DNA of 63,612 nucleotides, filler included, from Octopus bimaculoides (lineage: Eukaryota), in NCBI RefSeq assembly GCF_001194135.2. It is 7 parts of 6 records of this genome, joined end to end, with 100 filler letters (N's around TTAATTAATTAA, not from the genome) between each part and the next. Parts side by side here need not be neighbours in the genome. Positions count along the whole stretch, not along the records: positions 40,462 to 54,413 come from NC_068998.1; positions 54,514 to 57,952 come from NC_068990.1; positions 58,053 to 63,612 come from NC_068993.1; 4 more parts are not named here. One strand, given 5' to 3'. The position numbers were made by a program, and so were the translations under genes. The notes beneath the pieces are model-generated. The model did not search any database. It was not told the origin of the DNA and was given only the letters and a program-made list of their open reading frames with translations. Shown here piece by piece: positions 53,154 through 63,612 of this stretch (positions are counted from its first letter, which is position 1; each line of letters starts with the position of its first letter).

Positions 53154-53279
53154 GACGGGCTTCTTTCAGTTTCCGTCTACCAAGGCTTTGCTCGGCCCCA
53201 GGCTATAGTAGAAGACACTCGCTCAAGGTTCCACGCAGTGCAACTGAACCTGTAACCACGTGGGGAAGCAAGCTCACCT

Positions 53280-53280
<1 letters not shown>
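53050..53280 (-). mobile_element. SINE family A partial copy
   Basis: ACGGGCTTCTTTCAGTTTCCGTCTACC segment shared with the other copies. Confidence 0.75.
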
Positions 53281-53325
<45 letters not shown>

Positions 53326-53758
53326 GCGCAAGAATAATATATATATAATTATTCCTGCACGGCTATTAATTGAATTATGAAGGTTCTCCATAATGTGGGT
53401 GGCGACGTTACCACGAACTAATACTGACAGCTTCATTATTATATTTTCTTGCTTAACTCCGCCCACATTATTGGGAGGTGGAGTTAGAGAAATGGTGATA
53501 AGAACTTACGGTATGGTTTCCCTCACATTCTGGGTTCCACCGCCTTCCGAGCAATGATGGAATTACCAACAGTTGTGTGTGTGTGTGTGTTTGTGTGTGT
53601 GCGTCTGTGTGTGTGCACACGTGCTAAAATATTAAGTGCCCATGCTGGGGCACCGCTTGGAAGTGTTTTAGTCGAACGAATTAACCGCAGAACTTATTTT
53701 GTAAACAAGGTACTTTTCTATCGGTTCTATTGAGACATCGATTGTCAAGCGGTGGTGG

Positions 53759-53811
<53 letters not shown>

Positions 53812-53829
53812 ATGTTAGATTTTTATATC

Positions 53830-54200
53830 GAGTTATAATAAAAACGATTTAACCTTAAACTCAACAATCACTTTTCATAGAGTCTTTCTTTATTACAGTT
53901 TTACAAGAATCGGGTTTACAAGTGGTTTAGCTGTTTCGGCCTGCCACCCTTCATCAGAATGTTAGAAAGGGCAAATTAACTGAAATATTCATTCGCAGAT
54001 ATTCTCTCGTATGGATTTACTCTCTCTAAAACCACATACGTCCATACTAAACGGTTTCGAAGGAAATTTTGTTTTCGTCTGTTGTTGGAAGTGAGCAGAT
54101 GCCACTCGCAAAGCCCGGCAAAGCAAAAATGTACTAGCATTCTCAGCAAAGACTAATGAGTGATTTTTGTCTGCTACTGATGGATTTTTAGTGTTTTTCA
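53830..54200 (-). mobile_element. Penelope-like 3' end remnant with a decayed hammerhead (CTGATGA AGG...CC GAAA CAGCT)
   Basis: Core halves are present at about 53926-53957 on the minus strand, but stem III 3' side and stem I are lost; weak endonuclease C-terminal similarity lies upstream. Confidence 0.45.
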
Positions 54201-54381
54201 GTACATCCATAAGAGATGTAATCGTCGGACGAATGCCACAGTTAATTTCAATTTTCGAGAAACATTTGCATTAAGTATGATACACAGATGGCTATTTTAA
54301 CCTAATACTGCTTCAGTTGTACAGGACGAATATACAGTTGTACCTCGGTTTTCGAACGACTCTGATCACGAATAAATCGTG

Positions 54382-54413
<32 letters not shown>

Positions 54414-54513
54414 NNNNNNNNNNNNNNNNNNNNNNNNNNNNNNNNNNNNNNNNNNNNTTAATTAATTAANNNNNNNNNNNNNNNNNNNNNNNNNNNNNNN
54501 NNNNNNNNNNNNN

Positions 54514-54907
54514 CTGTGTGGTAAGAAGCTTGCTTACCAACCACATGGTTCCGGGTTCAGTCCCACTGCGTGGCACCTTGGGCAAGTGTCTTCTACTATA
54601 GCCTCGGGCCGACCAAAGCCTTGTGAGTGGATTTGGTAGACGGAAACTGAAAGAAGCCCATCGTATATATTTATATATATATATATGTGTGTGAGTTTGT
54701 GTGTCTGTGTTTGTCCCCCTAGCATTGCTTGACAACCAATACTGGTGTGTTTATGTCCTCGTCACTTAGCAGTTCGACAAAAGAGACCAATAGAATAAGT
54801 ACTAGGCTTACAAAGAATAAGTCCCGGGGTCGATTTGCTCGACTAAAGGCGGTGCTCCAGCATGGCCACAGTCAAATGACTGAAACAAATAAAAGAGTAA
54901 AGAGTAA
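54514..54907 (+). mobile_element. SINE family A copy
   Basis: Matches 14835-15250. Confidence 0.9.
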
Positions 54908-55244
54908 GGAGTATATATATATGTAATAGAGGGGATCAATTAATTTAGATCAAGGTAGATCAATAGCAAAACAACTCTGTGTATTTTGACTAAACAGTTT
55001 ATACTGAATATTCCAGGAACTTTAACCATCCAATTCAGTAGTGAATTCAGAGTTGAAATGGTAGTTTACTGATATTAGATATTCTGAAAATCCAAGTATG
55101 TTTCAAAGGAATAATTGTACATTTGATGTGGCATAATCTATAGTGATAAGAATACGATTAATGATTATTTTACTGCACATGTTTCTGAATAAATATGCTA
55201 TGGAAGCATGTAGTTATAACCTAAAATACACATTTCTTATTTTT

Positions 55245-55628
55245 GTTGTTGGCACTCTGTCGCTTACAACGTCGAGGGTTCCAGTTGATCCGATCAACGG
55301 AACAGCCTGCTCGTGAAATGAACGTGCAAGTGGCTGAGCACTCCACAGACACGTGTACCCTTAACGTAGTTCTCAGGGAGATTCAGCGTGACACAGTGTG
55401 ACAAGGCTGACCCTTTGAATTACGGGTACAACAGAAACAGGAAGTAAGAGTGAGAGAAAGTTGTGGTTAAAGAGTACAGCAGGGTTCGCCACCATCCCCT
55501 GCCGGAGCCTCGTGGAGCTTTTAGGTGTTTTCGCTCAATAAACACTCACAACGCCTGGTCTGGGAATCGAAACTGCGATCCTATGACTGCGAGTCCGCTG
55601 CCCTAACCACTGGGCCATTGCGCCTCCA
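55245..55628 (-). mobile_element. tRNA-derived SINE, family C, near full length
   Basis: Head GGAGGCGCAATGGCCCAGTGGTTAGGGCAGCGGAC...GTTTCGATTCCC has A/B boxes; partial copies at 4716-4918 and 7437-7531. Confidence 0.88.
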
Positions 55629-55702
55629 CTTTATTCTTATTACTATATATATATATATACATTTGTGTGTTTGTTTGTGTGTGTGTGTTTGTTTGTTTGT
55701 GT

Positions 55703-55780
<78 letters not shown>

Positions 55781-56150
55781 TCAATTATGAGTTAGAAGCA
55801 GAGCTAGTCTTTTAAATATTATCAATGTCACACACTCAATATGTGTTTTCTTATAAGCCAGTATGCTGCGGTTTAGCAGGATGGGGATGGCTCCTTCAAA
55901 GCACTGGGTGTTAAAACACTTGAAAGTCATAGACAGGTGAGACAAATCACTCTTAATCCCATTCAGGAGTGATGGATACTGATATTTCACCATTTTTTGT
56001 GGCTTATCAACATTACACACCTGAGTCAAACAAGAGGGAGGTGGGGCAACTGAATCGTCATTCTGTTACTATATATAAATAGTGAAAAAATCATTTGCTG
56101 GTCTATCATGTTATGGTGATACATACATAAGAATAAATTTAATTTTGAAT

Positions 56151-56505
56151 GTGGTAAGTAGCTTTCTTACCAACCACATGGTTCTGGGTTCAGTCCCACT
56201 GCATGACACCTTGGGCAAGTGTCTTCTACTGTAGCCTAGGGCCGACCAAAGCCTTGTGAGTGGAGTTGGTAGACGGAAACTGAAAGAAGCCTGTCGTATA
56301 TATGTATGTGTGTATTTGTGTTTGTCCCCCACCAACATCGCTTGAAAACCGATGCTGGTGTGTTTACGTCCCCGTAACTTAGCGGTTCGGTAAAAAGAGA
56401 CCGATAGAATAAGTACTAGGCTTACAAAGAATAAGTCCTGGGTGTGATTTGCTCGACTAAAGGTGGTGCTCCAGTATGGCCACAGTCAAATGACTGAAAC
56501 AAGTT
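56151..56505 (+). mobile_element. SINE family A copy
   Basis: Matches 14835-15250. Confidence 0.9.
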
Positions 56506-56877
56506 AAACAGTTAAATGTTGTGAACATTATCAACTGCACATACTTAGTATATCTGTACCATAACACCCAACAAATACCCCCACTCCTACACAGATACCA
56601 TAATGTGATTCCTCTTTAATGCTCAGCATCCAGGCATCATCAACACGATGCAGTCAACAGTTGCTGATTCTGCACTATCTTCCTGAACATATACAACAAA
56701 CACATCCTCCATTGATATTATACCAATTTTGTCCCCTTCGACAGTAAATCCGAAAAAGAAAACCATGGTCACAGCACCTATTAGTAAGACATCATTAAAC
56801 TTCACCTCCCCCACTTAAACACAAACAACAGGCAACTAGAACCCATACAATCACTTCAAATATAAAAAAAGAACCTG

Positions 56878-56918
<41 letters not shown>

Positions 56919-57769
56919 ACACACATGTATGTATGTATGTATGTATACGTAATCATATCATTGTCATCGTTATTTAACATCCGTTTTCCATGCTAGCATG
57001 GGTTGCATGGTTTGACAGCAGCTGTACCAGTCGCCTGTTGGTTCTTTTGGTGTGGTTTCTACAACTGGATGCCCTTCCAAGCACCAACTACCTTTATGAA
57101 GTTTACTGGGTACTTCTTATGAGGCAAAAATATGGGTACTTTTATGTGGCACCAGCACAAGTTCTTTTTACATGGCACCAAGACACGCAGGGTTTCCAAG
57201 TAGCTTTCAAGACAAAGACCTCTTAGCTGAGAGAGAGAGTAGAACCAAGAGAAGTGGCTGTGAACCTGGCAAGAGGTTAGAGTATAATAAAGGGACAGAG
57301 ATAGCTGTCTTATAATAGAGGGAACACTTGGCACCTTGCTAGGGCAAGAAAGGAGGGGAAAGTGGGAGAGAGTTAGAGAAAAAGATAGAGCAACAGAGTG
57401 AGAGAGAGAGAGAGAGCCGGTCTACCCACAGGGAAGAGTGAGGAGGAGTATAATCAGTACAAAGAGGAGAGAGGCGGTGTTCCATAAGAATGTGAGGGGA
57501 GATATTTAGAGATAGCAAGTGATGGTGAGGGAAATTTGAGTGGCTTAGAGGTGGATATGGTAGATATGTAATGGTTTGGAGGGTGTGCAGATAAGCACAA
57601 GAGGAAGTGTGGAGAGGCCTGCAGTGAGTGGTGGGGGTATTGGGAAGAAGGGTTCTGTAAGAGTTTTGTTAAAAGACAGAACTCTGTGTGTGGGTGTGTG
57701 TGGGTGTGTGTGTGTAGGGAAAGGTGGGGGAATGGCCATAAGGAGCATGTCTGTATGTATGGATGGACA

Positions 57770-57910
57770 TGATTATATTTGGCTACGGTCCTCTCAAGTA
57801 CGCATGTCTCAGTCCCTTGTCCTCTGTGAGGTTCAACATCTGAAGATCATTTCTCACCACTTCCTCCCACATATTTCTGGGTTTACCCCTTCCACTGACA
57901 CCCTCCATTC
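57770..57910 (-). mobile_element. RTE-like LINE 3' terminal fragment
   Basis: G.P...WEEVVRNDLQMLNLTE C-terminal motif. Confidence 0.55.
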
Positions 57911-58154
57911 ACACACACACACACATGCACGCACACACACACACACACACACNNNNNNNNNNNNNNNNNNNNNNNNNNNNNNNNNNNNNNNNNNNNTTAA
58001 TTAATTAANNNNNNNNNNNNNNNNNNNNNNNNNNNNNNNNNNNNNNNNNNNNCTGTCGAAATATTGTTAAAAAAAATAAAACATCTAAAATCGCGCTCTT
58101 CGTTTTGACTATTTACCTTCGTGAAGAGTTACGTCAATCCTTTTTTAAAAATAT

Positions 58155-58203
<49 letters not shown>

Positions 58204-58494
58204 GTCCTCATGCTGTACCAGGCAGTGACTCTCATGGCTTCTGATATTAACTCATTGGGAGTGCTATCATGTACATGATTTGTCTTGCTATTAAATATCA
58301 GCTGCAGCAAATATTCTGTTCAATACCACATATTTGCTTGTCAGCTTCACGACCTTAACTAGTTGAGCATGTCCCTTAGTGGCTGACGATTTGTGCATCT
58401 CTGATCAGGAGCAGAAGTAGTAGGGGAGTATCCTGGCCATGTGTTGAGAGGAATTATTTGGGGTTTGGATAATTCACCTTTGGAAACATGGAGG

Positions 58495-59735
58495 TACCAA
58501 AGAAATAAACATAGAATTTGGCTTAGAAAAATGTGCTAAAGCAACTTTGAAAGGGGGAAGACTACTTAAGAATAGTAACATCTCACTTGATAAAGCAGAT
58601 GAAATAAGAGAATTAGATCAAAGCCAGACATATAAATACTTAGGAATCAATGGACTAGATAAGATACGTCACACACAAATGAAAGAGAAAAAAAGAAAAA
58701 AAGAATACTATACACGTGTTTGATTAATACTGAAAACAGAGCTCAATGCGAAAAAAAAAATTGGTATCAACACTATAGCCGTCCTAGTTATAATTTACAG
58801 CTGCAATATTCTTAACTGGACTCTAAATGAACTAATCAAAATAGACTGGAAAACAAGAAAAATAAGGACAGGATTTAGGATGCACCACCCAAAATCTGAC
58901 ATAGAAAGGTTATATATACAACGTACCGAAGGGGGTAGATGCCTTATACAACTAGAAGACTATTACAGAATAACTACCGTAGGACTACAAAGATACCTAC
59001 TTCAGAAGCAAAGAAAACAAGTGCAAAGAGGTACAAATTACGAACAAAACAAAAAACTGTTTTCAATCTATAAGGAGGCCGACAAATACAAAAAGCATAA
59101 AACAACTGAAATAGCAACGGATTAAGATAAAACAATGGCAAGAAAAGTCCCTTCATGACAAATACGGGTTCAAGTAAATAGAAACGAAATAGGCAAAGCA
59201 AAACCCCAACAATGACTGAGAAACTCAGGACTCAAAGTAGAGACTGAAGGATTTTTATTCACAGTACAAGACCAAGCCTTTCCGCTAGAAATTACCACAA
59301 ACATGTAACGGAAAGAAATACAAGTAATGGCAGATTATGTGGAGATAAAATAAATCAATGTATCAATACCAACATATGACAATGTTTCCCTAAAAGAAAC
59401 GGAGAAACTTTCAGAATACAAAGATCTGGAAATAGAGGTAACTCGAATATGGAATCTAAAAACAGAAACAACTCTTATCATAGTAGGGCCATTAGGTATG
59501 ATAAAAAATATTCATACAAATACATAACTAAAACAGCAGGATTTACAAGTATATATAACATACAGAAAATAGCACTACTATACACCGCACACATTCTACG
59601 TAAAACACTTTCAATACAGTAAAAATAAGAGCATCATAACAAACCACATCACACACCCAAGGCACACAGAGCTGCACTCAGTAGTGCAATGAAATCACGT
59701 GATAAAAATAAGACTACTGAATAATAATAATGATA
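58495..59735 (+). mobile_element. R4/Dong-clade non-LTR retrotransposon, 3' half, decayed, with TAA tail
   Basis: FGLEKCAK, TYKYLGI, MHHPKSDIERLYIQRTEGGR.LIQLE, KYKDLEIE..RIW.LKT, II.G.LG restriction-like endonuclease region; ends in (TAA)n. Confidence 0.85.
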
Positions 59736-59759
59736 ATAATAACAACAACAATAATAATA

Positions 59760-61160
59760 AAAATATCTTTGCAGAACAAAGTAAACAACACAACCGGAAA
59801 CAACCTATATACTCTCCCTGGTGACCAAATCATTGCAGATAAACATGCTAAAAGGACTACCAACAATTTAGAGAAATTAAATAATGTTGGTAACAAGACA
59901 AGGGATCCGAAAAAACTTGAAGAACAAATAATCGCTGAAAATATGTACAAGAATGAATGCGGTGACTTTGATAAGAAACGACAAAATAAGCTGCCAGTTG
60001 AACAATGCCGTCAAATCAATCATAAAACGAAAACGGACTAAACATTGTATAATTGAATGATATATTGTGTGCTACTGCCAGAATGTTTGGCGTTTAACTG
60101 AAAAAAGGATTGGCAAATAAAAGTCCAACGTAAGAAGAAAAGCATCAAGAAACAAATTGTTGCTCTCCGAACTTATATAGAAATTTTGAAAAATTTAAGC
60201 AACAATCATAATATAAAACCACCTAAGAAGAAAAGGATAATGCACATTCAAATTGAAGTCTGAATACTAGTTTGCTGAAGAACACATAATGCAAAAGGTA
60301 CAGGTCGAAACCGCGCGTCAAAAAATGATCCAGGATTTTCAAAGATAACAGTGCGTTTAAAAATAATCCAAAGATGATCTATTGGCGTGTTGCAAAGAAC
60401 ACCATCAAAATAGAAGTCTCCTGAGAGCATGAAATACTGGAGTTCGGGAGAAAAAATTGGGACAGATGGAATGGACCGCAACTGCGATGCCCCAAGGATT
60501 AATAAACAGGAAGACACTGAGCTTATAGAAGAGCAAATGGGGAAAGGGATAAGTGTGGATAATGTGTGACTCATGAAAAATGTTCAGTAAATGTAAGCCA
60601 GCAGGTATGGATAAGATTCCAAACTATGGCTCAATGTGTTTACAAACTCACACAAAATCAAGAAACTAACTTGTTGCTACAGTGCATTTACGAAGAAACT
60701 GCCGAAGACGCTACAATGGCTGGTCAACGTTGTCACTTTTTTCCTCCACAAAAAGATGAAACCCATAACGTGCTTTACAACAATGTACAAAACTCTTTCA
60801 TCTCTCCTTTCTCATTTTTCCTGGAAGTAAATGATATGGATCTGATGATTACAGGAATCAACTCTTAACTGTGTGATTGCAAACGATTGTCACCACAATA
60901 AAAAAAAAAAAAAAACATCTCTCAGAGGCCTGGATAGACTAGAAGAAAGCCTTTGATAGAGTTCCTCACAGATGGATAAAGGGATACTTGGACATGTTCA
61001 AAATTTCACTACTTATCATGAATGTTGTTTCTCATACTATGAAGCTCTGGAAAACAACATTAACTCTCAACACTGAGACTGCAAATATAAACGCTGGCCA
61101 ACTCAATATTAACTGTGGAATGTTTCAAGGAGACTCTTTATGTTCTTTGTTATTCTGTTA
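59760..61160 (+). mobile_element. R4/Dong-clade element, 5' half (N-terminus to RT), decayed
   Basis: PITCFTTMYKTL, a W.D..KAFDRVPH.WI-like segment, and a G.FQGDSL motif at about 61120. Confidence 0.75.
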
Positions 61161-61499
61161 TTAATGATCATCACCATCACTTTCAGTATCACTATCCGAT
61201 CCTATTCTGTCAAGGAAATCACTTTCACTAATGAACCTCCAATATCTTAAAGATAAATGCGAGTTACGGTCATCGCATAGTAAATACCCGACTACAATCA
61301 GGGACTTTGATCAAGCTCTTACCAGTAGCTCTCATGCTTCAGTCTCAAACTATAAACTGAGAGGTATATCATCCAACGATGAATTACCAGAACAATGTCC
61401 TGAAATATAAAAGCAGCTCATCACACATAAGGAGATATTTGCGAATATAAAATTTGCGAATATAAAAGCAGCTCATCATACATAAGGCGATATTTGCGA

Positions 61500-61960
61500 A
61501 GTGTTGTATTACTCTTGAATGTCATATGGGCCGCATATCTTTTGTATATTTTCGGAGAGGCCTTTCACATACGGTAGACTAACTGTGGACAGTTTATTAA
61601 TTTCGTCCTCTCTTTTCTTCATAATTGGTTTATTTCGCTATTCATACTATCAGTGCCGTTTCAACGACTCAACTGAGTCAATTGACTAAGCTCATTAAGA
61701 TATATTCTTTAAATTGAACCAAGTTCGTTATTTTGCCTAACTTGCCACAAGATAACTACGTAAAGTAGCATCTATATGCCTAATCTTACCTTCTTCTCCA
61801 AGTGAAATAAAAATTGACTCGATCGATAGATGGGTTCATCTTACATAGAGCTACTCGGCAAAACTTCACAAATCGGCAATGCTTGGATATTGAAGGAGAA
61901 CGTGCTGAAAAAGTCAGTTTAGCCGTTCTGTGCGCATCTTGGATAGATCTGGCTCACAGC
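61500..61960 (-). mobile_element. Second Penelope-like remnant, probably a different subfamily
   Basis: TVSLPYVKGLSENIQKICGPYDI..FKSN.TLR-like linker motif. Confidence 0.65.
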
Positions 61961-62299
61961 ATTTCCATTCCAGAAAGGTGTGTCTCGAACTAGAAGTGAA
62001 TCCTGGTAGCACTGTCTGACTAGAAATTATTGGAAGTTACCCACAGTCCTAAAAGCGTAAGTCCTTCCGAATAGATCAGTCATTTCCTTTTCTTCGGAGT
62101 CCTTTTTCTCTGAGAATATCATCGCTCACCCAAACTACTAACCTGCTATATAATACTAACTTTAACGTCCGCTAATTTCATGCTCAACTTACGCTGTGTG
62201 TGTTTAACAGTATTCAGTCCGTTAGAGGGCTAGACTTGGCTTTTGCTTGACCTAGAGTAGAGCTGAGATAAAACTGAACTGGCAAAAGCCGATCACCCG

Positions 62300-63300
62300 T
62301 ACTCATTATTCAAGAATAATTTTAGACAGCATAAGAAGACTTCCCTGCAGAATGTTTGACAGTAAATGAGTCATGTAGCCACTGCAATGTGTTACTTCAA
62401 CAAAACACAAAATAGTTCCTTCCATCAGGATAGCCAAATATATCAAATTACAAAGAAGGGTGGTCCTTGCTGAACTTTTCAGGATAATTTTTCTTTCATC
62501 CAATTTCTCTATGCTATTTCTTTCCCTATTCGTAACCTTGTCTCAGTTCTTATCCATTTGAGAGTTCGAACCAAACCAAAGTACAAGAAATGTGTCCAAT
62601 CTCATCTCTAAACAACAATTTCGCAAGGCATTGACTTAACTCCCATTGATTGTTGGAGGTTAACATTTTCTCTTGTCACCGCCTCCTCAGTGGTGTCTGC
62701 TTTCATTACGAAGACACTATTCATATCTGCTCTCACGGCTCTCACGTGTCCCAGTTCGAAATGGATGTCCCCAGCCAATTTTGTTTAATTGTTCTGTTGT
62801 ACAACCAATATAAATCAAAGTTGTCTTTCGTGCATTCTGAAGCGTACATCAAATGGTAATCTCTACATGCCTCACCTTCTGTATAAATCATAATATTACT
62901 GTTATGATTCCTGATGGAATTCACTTGACTCATGTTGTTGCACAATGAAAAGGGTTTACCTCTCTTGCCGCTGTTTTTCAATGTACAGAGTGCAGATACT
63001 CCAATGTTCGTTTTCTTGGATTCAGAAATAGAGGTCAATAATTCTCTTATGTTTTTATTCCACCTAAAGGCTAAGATAGGCGGCTGAGGAAATATCTGTT
63101 TGAAACCAGGATATGTTTTCGCCACATGATGGTAGCTTTCATGCAACACTTTTGAAATTCCAGCGAAATTTCGGTGCCAGTTAATCACTAAAGGAATTCT
63201 GTCATCTATTGTACTGTGTGTGCTGAAATTATGCGTGAAGGTTTGACTATCTTTGCTAATTTTAGCTATTTCATTTGCCATGATAGGTATACTGGGCTTC
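62300..63300 (-). mobile_element. Penelope-like element remnant (RT to GIY-YIG linker and endonuclease start)
   Basis: RIPLVINWHRNFAGISKVLH...FPQPPILAFRWNKNIRELL, followed by Cys-rich and degenerate GIY-YIG start segments; frameshifted. Confidence 0.82.
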
Positions 63301-63378
63301 GTAAATTTTACCCCAGTGTCTCATTAATGGCATGCACTGTTCCCTCACTCAATTATAATAATAACGAGAATGATGATG

Positions 63379-63418
<40 letters not shown>

Positions 63419-63420
63419 GT

Positions 63421-63514
63421 GTGAGTACGATAAATCACTGCTATGTGAGTACGATAAATCACTGCTATGTGAGTACGATAAATCACTAAGATGTGAGTAC
63501 GATAAATCACTGCT
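63421..63514. repeat. 24-nt tandem repeat x4 (GTGAGTACGATAAATCACTGCTAT) directly after a (TAA)n tract
   Basis: Two exact units, one variant and one partial unit, read directly. Confidence 0.9.
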
Positions 63515-63612
63515 CCGAAACTTATCCAAAAACATCGGAAATAAAGACATCGCATGGAGCCAAAAAATAGCTGACAAAGGGTTGGACTATACCCGAGTAA
63601 GTAATACTCATT

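Noticed and set aside
53920-53965. Third hammerhead candidate on the minus strand
   Set aside because: CTGATGA and GAAA are present, but there is no U16.1/H17 pairing or stem I partner; treated as a decayed relic.
63421-63514. Possible CRISPR array
   Set aside because: Units are contiguous with no spacers, no cas genes are present, and the context is eukaryotic.

Overview
Repeat-dense animal genomic scaffold with many N gaps and very abundant microsatellites. The tRNA-derived SINE families resemble those I recall from octopus genomes, so a cephalopod source is likely but should be confirmed by BLAST. No prokaryotic features or CRISPR arrays are present, and most of the ORF track is microsatellite or gap artefact. 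Two spliced protein-coding loci can be rebuilt on the minus strand with phase-consistent GT-AG junctions. (1) The last five exons of an SLC6 Na+-dependent transporter of the amino-acid/orphan (SLC6A15-20-like) branch, 31250 to 22769. (2) A TNF-superfamily ligand: three exons at 19745, 19075 and 15968 encode a TNF homology domain, and a type II transmembrane first exon at 8968-8552 lies downstream of them, suggesting tandem paralogs. Non-coding highlights: a complete ORF-less LTR retroelement with a TACG target-site duplication and a duplicated tRNA-Trp primer-binding site (9615-12521); two type I hammerhead-ribozyme motifs (13.3 kb, plus strand; 24.7 kb, minus strand), the second at the exact centre of a ~390 bp palindrome in an SLC6 intron; and a second ~200 bp foldback on the other side of the same SLC6 exon. 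The rest is decayed Tx1/L1, CR1-group, RTE, R4/Dong, Penelope-like, Gypsy and mariner elements, SINEs and satellites. All family assignments are by visual motif recognition; no database searches were run.
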